Assembly (NCBI GenBank): GCA_024279135.1
Contig: JAJRRU010000014.1
Coordinates: 23,351-87,350 of the forward strand
From: Alphaproteobacteria bacterium
Lineage (GTDB): Bacteria; Pseudomonadota; Alphaproteobacteria; Rhodospirillales; Casp-alpha2
Direction: 5' to 3'
DNA: 64,000 bases
Below are positions 54,465 to 63,200 of the stretch, piece after piece (the stretch's first letter is position 1; each line of letters begins with the position of its first letter). The translations under genes were made by a program, and so were the position numbers. A model generated the notes under the pieces. It was not told the DNA's origin. It searched no databases and worked only from the letters and a program-made list of their open reading frames with translations.

Positions 54465-54613
54465 CGTGCAAGGGCAGGGCAACGGACAGCCAGCGGCGTT
54501 TAGCCGTCTGACCTTGTCCAGAATGCCCGTGAGTGTTGGCACAGCCATAGACCGGGCCGGAGGTTCTGGCGTTCAGCCATGAACCAATCGGCCTAGGTCA
54601 TGGCGTGATGGGT

Positions 54614-55336
54614 TTACCAACTTGGGACGACACTCCAGTAATCATCTTGCAGCCGATCGCGTTCAGCGACCAAGCTGGCGCGATTGCGCAAAAGTGCTTG
54701 CAAAGCACTGCGCAATGCCGAGCGGATCAGCTGGTGCTGCCCGATGTCGGGGCAAGCCTCGCGAATGGAGCGACACAGAGCCAGAAAGTCGGTGCGGATG
54801 CTTTTAAGCTCGTTTGCAATATCCTCGATCCGCAGTGTTGCTGATTCCTTCGCTTCGTATTCACGGGCATCTTCGCCCGCACGTTCTGCCAGGCGGTCGG
54901 CCTCCCGGGCCGCGCCAAACTGGTCATCGTTCCAGACCTCGGAGAGGTCGAGAACGAAACCGTCACTCATGCTCTCGCCATAGCCAGCGACGAACCGCTC
55001 TTTCCCGCACTTGCCGGGAAGGCGGAAGATCGCGCCGCGAAATGTTTCCTCGGCGTAATTATCCGAATACCAACCCGTATGGCGAAGCCGCAGGCTTTCG
55101 TCGGCCCAGCCGACAAAGCGCAGGCCAGCCTGTTCAGCGTCCTCATAGAACCGCCGTGCGGCCCGTTCAGGGTCGCTGGCGTTTATCGGGCAATGTCGCA
55201 TCGTCAAAGGGCGAAAGCCCTGACGATAGACCTGGCGCATGTCGCCATAATGCGGATAACGCGCCGCCAAAGCCTTCAGGCTGGCAAGGCGTGATGATGG
55301 TGATTTACCCAACAGGGCGATGATTTTGATTTCCAT
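54614..55336 (-). CDS. hypothetical protein (240 aa from ATG 55336)
   Basis: The ORF is open to 55435 and I prefer ATG 55336 after GGAGGG. No family was recognised. It lies between ssb and the DUF4326 gene. Confidence 0.5.
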   Translation of the reverse strand: MEIKIIALLGKSPSSRLASLKALAARYPHYGDMRQVYRQGFRPLTMRHCPINASDPERAARRFYEDAEQAGLRFVGWADESLRLRHTGWYSDNYAEETFRGAIFRLPGKCGKERFVAGYGESMSDGFVLDLSEVWNDDQFGAAREADRLAERAGEDAREYEAKESATLRIEDIANELKSIRTDFLALCRSIREACPDIGQHQLIRSALRSALQALLRNRASLVAERDRLQDDYWSVVPSW

Positions 55337-55415
55337 GATGTGTCCCTCCAGAATGAGAAACGGCGGAAGCCCGTAAGCCCCCGCCGTGTGATTATGTTTA
55401 TTCTCAAGAGGCCAC

Positions 55416-55850
55416 TTAGAACGGGATATCATCATCCAGATCGGACGGAGGGTTGTTGTAGCCAGCGTCGTCCTGGGGTGGCATATCGTCTTCGGGACGG
55501 TCGTTGAGTTTCTCCAGGAACTGGATTTGGCAACCGGGTGTAACCGCGATTTCGGTGGTGTAACGCTCGATGTTATTGTTGTCCGTCCACTTACGGGTGC
55601 GAAGCATACCCTGCACGGCGGTCAGGCGGCCCTTGCGAGCGTGCTTTTCCAGAACCGAAACCAGCCCCTTCTGGAACGTCACCACCCGGTGCCATTCCGT
55701 GCGCTTAACCCATTCTCCAGATTGTTTGTCTTTGTAGCTGTGGTCGGTCGCGATGGACATGGTTGCCACCTTGTCACCGTTCTGCATTGTCCGAATGTCG
55801 GCGTCCGCGCCAAGATGCCCTACGATTGTTACGCTGTTGATACTGTACAT
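55416..55850 (-). CDS. ssb: single-stranded DNA-binding protein
   Basis: The OB-fold reads MYSINSVTIVGHLGADADIRTMQNGDKVATMSIATD..WHRVVTF. The acidic tail is DLDDDIPF. Confidence 0.95.
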   Translation of the reverse strand: MYSINSVTIVGHLGADADIRTMQNGDKVATMSIATDHSYKDKQSGEWVKRTEWHRVVTFQKGLVSVLEKHARKGRLTAVQGMLRTRKWTDNNNIERYTTEIAVTPGCQIQFLEKLNDRPEDDMPPQDDAGYNNPPSDLDDDIPF

Positions 55851-55872
55851 TGTCTTAATCTCCATTTGATTG

Positions 55873-56068
55873 TTGAATAACACCCAAAACTTTCTCGCCT
55901 CAACCTCTTCGCGGTTGCTGCAAATTCAGTGCTAGAAAGGGAGACAAAACGGCACAACAAATCACCGGCGCAAAATGCCAGGTTCATAAAAATTCTAGAT
56001 TGTGAATTGATTTATCGCTGCCCGGTAAATCAGGCGCGGCGATGGGAGCGAAGCGAAACCTTCCAGCC
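55873..56068. repeat. conserved non-coding leader, copy B (upstream of ssb)
   Basis: This is the counterpart of 54312-54464. Block 2 contains the direct pentamer repeat AGCGAAGCGA in both copies. Confidence 0.7.
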
Positions 56069-56205
56069 GCAAAACTTCATATTAATTTGGCCGATTTACA
56101 TACGTCAACAGACCTAAAACTGACGCACCTTAAAACCAGCGATTTTGACCCGAATGAGACATTCTGAGTCTCGCCATGACCCGCCATTGCGTGTAGCTTG
56201 TAGTA

Positions 56206-57393
56206 ATGTCTAAACGCGTAACTACAGCAAATTTCATCCAACGTGCTCTCGAAGTGCACGGCAACCGGTACGACTACTCGAAAGTGTTGTATGTGGCCGC
56301 TAGAAGTAAGGTCACGATAATTTGTCCGGTACACGGTGAGTTCGAGCAGCAACCATCGAGTCATTGTACGGGGCGCGGTTGCCACAAGTGTGGCGGAAAT
56401 AAACCGCTGACGTTGGACAGATTTATCGAACGCGCTAACAAGAAACACAAAGGTCGTTATGACTACTCCCGTGTAGAGTTCCAAAACGTTGAGATTAAGG
56501 TGGAAATCATATGCCCGGATCACGGCTCGTTTCTTCAGCGACCAGCCTCACACCTAAAGGGGTTTGGATGTGATCGATGTGGCAGGGTCGAGACGGGCAA
56601 AAAGCTGGGCCATTCCCTTGAGCGTTTTGTGGAGGACGCACGGCGAGCGCATGGGGATCGATACGACTATTCGCAAGTCGAGTACATCAATGCGCTCAGT
56701 AACGTGACTATCATCTGTCCCGATCACGGTGCGTTTGGGCAGAAACCAGCCAACCACATACGGGATGTCGGGTGCCCGGTGTGTGGCACTGAAAGCGCGG
56801 CTGCGTTAAGGGTCAAGACGACCGAAAAATTTATACAGGAAGCGAGGGAGGTGCACGGCGACCGGTACGACTATTCAAAGGTCGAGTACGTGACATCTCA
56901 CATAAAAGTTGAAATAGCCTGTAGAGAGCACGGATCATTTTGGACATCCGCAGTTAACCACGTAAAAGGGAACAAGTCCGGTTGTCCCGACTGTGCCGAG
57001 TCGGGGTTTAATCCAAGTGAACCCGGCCTGCTGTACTACATTGCCGTGACAGCAGACGACGGCGACACGCTATACAAGATTGGCATCACGAACCACTCGG
57101 TACAAAGGCGTTTCCCCACCCCAGACCTCGCACGCATGAGAATTGTCAAGATATGGAGGTTTGTCGTAGGTCGTGTCGCGGCGGAGAGGGAAGCAGATAT
57201 TCTGAGCCAATTTGCCGGGAACCGGTATTACGGGCCTGACATTCTGGTGGGCGCTGGAAATACTGAACTATTCACCCGCGATGTATTGCGGCTGGACGGG
57301 CAAGATAGTGAAAATGGTCAGTCGGCGGTTGACGCGGACGCCCGGGTGCTTTCCCGTCCGATCCAGATCAACTTTGAATTCATCCAGAGGTGA
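56206..57393 (+). CDS. protein with 4 tandem zinc-ribbon modules plus a C-terminal GIY-YIG/T5orf172-like nuclease domain
   Basis: The module F(I/V)xxAxxxHGxRYDYSxVxYxxxxxKVxIxCPxHGxFxQxPxxHxxGxGCxxCG occurs four times (aa ~9-64, 72-124, 137-192, 207-264). It is followed by PGLLYYIAVTADDGDTLYKIGITNHSVQRRF...ELF. Confidence 0.65.
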   Translation: MSKRVTTANFIQRALEVHGNRYDYSKVLYVAARSKVTIICPVHGEFEQQPSSHCTGRGCHKCGGNKPLTLDRFIERANKKHKGRYDYSRVEFQNVEIKVEIICPDHGSFLQRPASHLKGFGCDRCGRVETGKKLGHSLERFVEDARRAHGDRYDYSQVEYINALSNVTIICPDHGAFGQKPANHIRDVGCPVCGTESAAALRVKTTEKFIQEAREVHGDRYDYSKVEYVTSHIKVEIACREHGSFWTSAVNHVKGNKSGCPDCAESGFNPSEPGLLYYIAVTADDGDTLYKIGITNHSVQRRFPTPDLARMRIVKIWRFVVGRVAAEREADILSQFAGNRYYGPDILVGAGNTELFTRDVLRLDGQDSENGQSAVDADARVLSRPIQINFEFIQR

Positions 57394-57809
57394 ACGATCA
57401 CGCGTTTGATTGGTGAACCCATGCGGTAGTCAATTTGTCTGCTCATGGCTATGAAGACCATTCACGGACAGGCGATTTTCACGCCCGGTGTACCCAGGAC
57501 TCCGGACCAGTTTCTAGGCCGTCCAGGACCAGCTAGTATGACCCGGTGCGGTCATTGGGTGAAGCAGCTTTAAAGCACTAATTAAGTATTGCGTCCCCGG
57601 AATTTCGGAATTGGTCGGTTAGATCAATTTGAAAATTGATTCTTCCTCAGATTTATTATATGGTCTTCTTGCTCTTGGTAAGAGCCTGCCGCCCGTCGCT
57701 GCAAAGCTGTAGACAGCATTACTTTTATACATCCTTACTTTTCAATGTTATTTTTAGCTTGAGAAGTGGTAGACGGGCGACGCTTACTATGCAGGCTAGG
57801 AGAATAACA

Positions 57810-59114
57810 ATGACAAGTAAAGATGTGCAACCATCATCTCTTAATGGCATTAAACGTTTAGCTAATCAGCTCAAAAAATCTAACGGTTATCAGCATCACG
57901 AAGCTCTAAATATTGCAGCTCGGGCTGCTTCTTTTGAGAATTTCAACCATGCAAGAAATCAACTTCAAAACCTGACAGTAAGCAATCAGCTTTACCTGAC
58001 AGCTTACTGGTATGACACCAAAAGCTATCAAAGTGGAAGGGAAACTATTAAAATTGAGTTATCAAAACCACTTACCAAGATTGCCTCTAAGTCAGAGCTA
58101 AAAGAAGCCAAAGGTTTAGGTTGGTTCAGGGTTGCTGCCGAAGATCACTTAGTGAGTGACAAGCTGTTTCATTCACAACCAGTAGCCAGAAGTTATGTTT
58201 GCATGGCGACTAGGGCTTTACGCTTTATGGAAGCAACGGGATTAAAACCTGCCAAACATACCAATGCGATCTATCCGAATGGAGATATAGCGAACAAAAT
58301 CCCAAAATGTGACCATACAACAGACTGGTATGTTCCCAAAACAGGGCAATTCATCATGATTGATGAGCCTTATAATCATATAGAAGAGAATGCAGAGCGT
58401 ACCGCATGGGCTAAAAAGCACAATTGGCATTTGAAAATGTCAATATGGCCCGGAATACATAACCCTTATCATTGCAATCTGTTTGTCGCGACGGATGCTT
58501 CAAAGAATTATGACTTTCAGAGGCTAATGTCTAAAATTGATGCCATACCTGCCCCTATAACACAGGATAAGTGGAACGGTGTTTCAGCGGAGGATCATGC
58601 CCCTTTCATAAGTCCTTTGGCTGCAACGCCACAGGATAATCAACGGGCAAAATCCAAAGGAACCATCTGGCGGTTTTCCAGCAAAAAAACAATACCTCTG
58701 CATTATCGTTCCTCAAATAACGAGCGACGCCCCAATGCTTCCATGCCTATTGCAACTCATCTGGAGATTGCTCGACTCATCAAAGCCCTCACACGTTCCT
58801 CTGCAAAGCCTTATGCAGTGAATTATCGCCTTGATGCTGTGCGCAGTAAACTTGAAGACTGGTTTTTTGCGGAACATAGTCGTGAAGAAACCGATAAGCA
58901 TGATCTTTTTTACTATGGAGAAATTTCTGATGACGACCCGTTTATAAAGAAAACCAGTTCAACCAAGGGCGTTATTCAGCAGCTCAACAAACTGAAAGAC
59001 ACTTTGAAAACATACTATATTGATTGTGAACCTTTGAGAAAAATGGTCAGCAAAACTGATACTGCAATTAAAATTACTACAAAGTTTGATTGCGCTGAGA
59101 TAGTAATTACCTGA
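57810..59114 (+). CDS. hypothetical protein (434 aa from ATG 57810), low GC
   Basis: An AGGAGA RBS lies 6 nt upstream of ATG 57810 and the ORF is open from 57636. No family was recognised. Confidence 0.45.
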   Translation: MTSKDVQPSSLNGIKRLANQLKKSNGYQHHEALNIAARAASFENFNHARNQLQNLTVSNQLYLTAYWYDTKSYQSGRETIKIELSKPLTKIASKSELKEAKGLGWFRVAAEDHLVSDKLFHSQPVARSYVCMATRALRFMEATGLKPAKHTNAIYPNGDIANKIPKCDHTTDWYVPKTGQFIMIDEPYNHIEENAERTAWAKKHNWHLKMSIWPGIHNPYHCNLFVATDASKNYDFQRLMSKIDAIPAPITQDKWNGVSAEDHAPFISPLAATPQDNQRAKSKGTIWRFSSKKTIPLHYRSSNNERRPNASMPIATHLEIARLIKALTRSSAKPYAVNYRLDAVRSKLEDWFFAEHSREETDKHDLFYYGEISDDDPFIKKTSSTKGVIQQLNKLKDTLKTYYIDCEPLRKMVSKTDTAIKITTKFDCAEIVIT

Positions 59115-59122
59115 CAGTTTGC

Positions 59123-59160
59123 ACCACACAGGGCCTTTTGATAAAAAGGCCCTGTGTGGT
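59123..59160. terminator. bidirectional terminator hairpin between convergent genes
   Basis: accacacagggcctttt-gata-aaaaggccctgtgtggt is a perfect 17-bp stem. Confidence 0.75.
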
Positions 59161-59293
59161 CGCCGGGATTTCGGAGACAGCCCCCCTTACCTCTGTATAT
59201 TCAGTAATGACTGCAAATGGCTAGTGTCGATGGTCAAAACGCACCTATGATTACATATGATTCATGCTCGATTGCCGACATTCCAGCATTTCG

Positions 59294-60214
59294 CTAATGA
59301 GCACCGATCAAATCATCATTAAAATCCGACAACTTCGGGAAGATCACTCTTGTTTTGACACTTTGCCTGAGCGCACTAGTTTCCAGTGTTTTTGCAGCAT
59401 CCCGTCCTGCCGTACCGTTGTCGGCGGCTATTGTTAGATATTTAACGACAGCTGGTATCTTGAACGCTGCCATGTGTGCGGAGCTTAGTGTGGCGGCCAG
59501 TGCTTGACCGGGGTGGGTTACGGTGAATGATAGAGTTGATTCCAGTCCTTCGCCGACCAGCAAGTGATGAGCGTTGATTGGGCCGATGCGGGCGGCGTTG
59601 CCGTTTAGCTCTCCCAGGGCGCGGCGTTCTATCAGGTTGGCGTTTTTGTCCAGAAACATCCGATTGATGCCTGTGAACTTGCCTGCATTATTGTGTACGC
59701 CGACGATGATCGCCGGGCGGTACGTGTTGGCATCGAACCATGCGCGGGGGTGGAAGCGAAGTGCCCCCATCCCATCGCACAGGGTTATGCCGCGCTTGTT
59801 GAGGTAGGTTTCGCCCAGGGTTCCAGCCAGCGGACGGGTATCGGCGTACAGGCGTTTGGCTATGTCTCTGTTGCTTGATTTTTTGCCCTTACGGTTTGAG
59901 TTAAAATTTTGCGGCGATGGCGCTGGTGACAGTCTCAAAAAATGCGCAGCTTCGACCATCGCGCTCGATAGATCGGGCAGGTCGCGTGACAACTGGATCA
60001 TGTCCAGCAAGTCGCCATGTTGAGCCTCTGCTGGATCATTCCACTTCCCTAAAATACCGGGGGCGGCAAGACGCACGAACATGCTTTGGCCTTTTTCGTT
60101 TTGCACATTACCCACCTGCCAATACCGCCCGGCTTTGCGGCCATTGGGCAAATAGTAGCGACACACCGCCTCGGCGTTCAGCCCGAGGCGGTGGGAGAGT
60201 TCCGATGCTTTCAT
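59294..60214 (-). CDS. DUF7146/Toprim domain protein (primase-like)
   Basis: 306 aa. The N-terminus is RYYLPNGRKAGRYWQVGNVQNEKGQSMFVRL..GKWND. The Toprim-like part is LLVGEGLESTLS and TIAADNGTAGRDAA. Confidence 0.7.
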   Translation of the reverse strand: MKASELSHRLGLNAEAVCRYYLPNGRKAGRYWQVGNVQNEKGQSMFVRLAAPGILGKWNDPAEAQHGDLLDMIQLSRDLPDLSSAMVEAAHFLRLSPAPSPQNFNSNRKGKKSSNRDIAKRLYADTRPLAGTLGETYLNKRGITLCDGMGALRFHPRAWFDANTYRPAIIVGVHNNAGKFTGINRMFLDKNANLIERRALGELNGNAARIGPINAHHLLVGEGLESTLSFTVTHPGQALAATLSSAHMAAFKIPAVVKYLTIAADNGTAGRDAAKTLETSALRQSVKTRVIFPKLSDFNDDLIGAH

Positions 60215-60217
60215 GGC

Positions 60218-63200
60218 TCAAGCTCCTGTCAGCGGGAAGCGTTCCAGCACTTTCGCCAGAATTTCCTGACCACCAGCACCGACCGGAATGAACGCCCGGC
60301 GTTTGTACTGGATGATCTCGGTCATGCAGCCGAGGCCTGTCAGTGTGGCGAAGATGTCCGAGCAGCCATCGAAGCTCAGTTCGACCCGGTTCTCCGCCAT
60401 CACTCTCGATCTGCGCAGGCGAAGCCCACGTATCAAGGCGTATGAATTGCCATCGTCCAGCACCGAATTCCAGACGGCCTCAAGCGAAAGCTTGGGTGCT
60501 TCCAGTCCAAGTGCTGTGTAGAACGCTGGCAGGTCTTTCTCGTGCAGCACCCGGCCCAGCAGTCTGCGACTGTCATCGGTTTGCAGGCGGTAGATACGCA
60601 AGCTGCCCTTGCCCATACGATCCCAGATCGGCAACAGCAAGCCCGTCACCAGATAGAACGACGATGTGTGGAATTCCGGCAATGCCGCCAGTTCCGCCTC
60701 CCATGCTTCCTTGAAGCGATAGAGTGCGACCTCCTCCCATTTCGAGGTCATCAGCTCGATCTCGGTCATGCTGTCGGAGTCCAGTGGCCTGACCAGACGG
60801 ACGCACGGCTGCACCGCACCTTCTTCGGTCATGCGACTGCGGCCCGGAACCTGTAATGCAGCCCGACCTGATTGTGCATTGACCAGGAACTTTGCTTCAT
60901 CCGTATGCCACGACATGACATCGGTGAACTTGGTCGGCGTCAGCTTGTCCTTGCGGGTGATTTTCAGGCTGCTTGTTTTGGCTCCGGTGCGGCCATGTGT
61001 GTAAACTTCGCGAGTTTCCGCCACGGTAAAGCTGTGCGCTTGCAGCGTCTCCACACCAATATCCAAGCCACCACTGGCTCGCATTCCTTCCAGAATTTGC
61101 TCAAGGATCGTCTCGAAAGCCTCGAAGATGCTGTTCTGCCGCGAGATGGTCAGGGCCAGCACCCGGTTGAGGAAGCGGCTCATGGGCGGCAGCTCTTCGC
61201 GCACCGATCCATCGCCATCAAGTAGCGACAAGCCGGTTTGATCTACAAAGGTCTGTAGCGAACAATTTTCGACTTCCCCGCGCACTATCTGGTGATATAG
61301 TTGACGCAAGGCGGCGCGGGCATAGGGGCTTTCAAGATTGTCTTCCGATCTGAACATGCCTTGCCCGCCCGTCTGGCGCTGGCCCTTGGTAATCGCGCCC
61401 AAGGTGTCCAACCGCCTCGCGATTGTCGAGAGGAACCGCTTTTCGCCCTTCACATCGGTTGCCACCGGACGGAACAACGGCGGGCAAGATTGGTTGGTGC
61501 GATTGGATCGTCCCAGACCCTGAATGGCGTTGTCAGCCCGCCAGCCCGGTTCCAGCAAGTAATGCACCCGGCGGCGGGAGTTCTTTGCATCCTTATCAGC
61601 ATGGTACGAACGCCCGGTGCCGCCAGCGTCCGAGAATATCAGGATACACTTTTTATCGTCCATGTAGGCTTGCGCGTCCGACAGATTGCTGGAACCCGGA
61701 CGTTTTTGCACCTTCACAACGCCATCTTCGCGCACCAGCCGAAGTTTGCGGCCAGTAACTTCGGACACATTGTTTGTTCCAAAGTGGTGCAAGATTTGAT
61801 CCAGCGCGGTCGGCACGGCGGGTAATCCGGCCAGATGTTCGATCATCGCGTCCCGTTTGGTTTCTGCTGCGCGGTTGAACACCGGATTGCCTTCGGCATC
61901 GAACATGGGCCGTGAGCATTCGTTGCCATCTTCATCAGTGTAAACCTCGAACAATTGGGTCGGGAACGAGTTGGCCAGATAGTCCAGCACGTACTCACGC
62001 GGCGTAATATCGACGTTCAAATCCTGCCATTCGCTGCTGGGGATGGTCGAAAGGCGGCGTTCCAGCAAGGCTTCGCCCGTGGATACCAACTGCACGATCA
62101 CAGCGTCACCGCGCTCGATATCGGCCTCAATGGCCTTGATGAGCGATGGGCATTTCATAGCAGTCAGCATGTGGTTGAAGAAGCGTTGTTTCGAGCTTTC
62201 AAACGCCGACAGTGCTGCGGCCTTGGCGTTCTTATTCAGCGTGCCATCCTCGCTGGAGATATTCAGGGCTTCCAGCGCCGCTTGCAGATTGTTATGGATG
62301 ATGTGGTAAGCCTCGGCAAAGCTGTCATAAATGCCAATCTGATCTTCCGACAGCGCGTGTTCGAGAATATCGACTTCCACCCCGTCATAACTCAATGAGC
62401 GCGCCGTATAGAGGCCCATCGCCTTCAAGTCCCGCGAGATGACTTCCATCGCCGCCACCCCGCCTGCGTCCATCGCCTGCACAAAGCCGGCACGGGTTTT
62501 AAACGCGGTGTCTTCACCCCACAGGCCAAGCCGCTCGGCATAAGCCAGGTTGCTCACATGAGTGGCTCCGGTCGCCGATACATAACAAACCCGCGCCATC
62601 GGCAACGCCCGTTGCAGGCGGAGGCCCGCCTGGCCTTGTTTGGAAGCGGACTTAATCCCGCGATCACCTTTCGATGATGTGGCGTTGGCCAGCGCGTGGG
62701 ATTCATCGAACATCAACGGCCCATCGAAGTCCGGCCCCAGCCATTCGACGATCTGTTCCAGCCGGGATGTTTTGCCCTGCCTTGCGGCTGACCTCAAAGT
62801 TCCGTAAGTCAAAAACAAGATACCCTCAGTGAGGGTGATCGGCTGGCCTTGCTTGAATTTGGATAGCGGCACCACTTGCCTCGGATCGCCACCAATGGCT
62901 GCCCAATCCCGACGAGCGTCTTCCAGTAATTTATCGTTCTTGCTCACCCACATGGCACGTTTGCGACCCTTGAGGCGATTGTCGAGAATAATCCCGGCCA
63001 CCTGCCGGCCCTTACCGCAACCCGTGCCATCGCCAAGGAACCAGCCTTGCCGAAACTGCACCGAACGAACTTTGTTTTCTTCTCCGGCCTCAATCTCGCT
63101 TTCGCCAACCAGATCATGGTGCTGGTTCACTGCCCACTCGCCGGGCAGCAAGTTGCTGTGTGCTTCACCAGCGTAAATGATGCTTTCAAGCTGCGCGTCC

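Noticed and set aside
54292-54613. Explicit -35/-10 assignment for a Frpo-type ssDNA promoter in the conserved leader
   Set aside because: I could see an imperfect long hairpin but could not place a convincing -35/-10 pair with proper spacing within the stem by eye. It is reported only as a hypothesis pending folding analysis.
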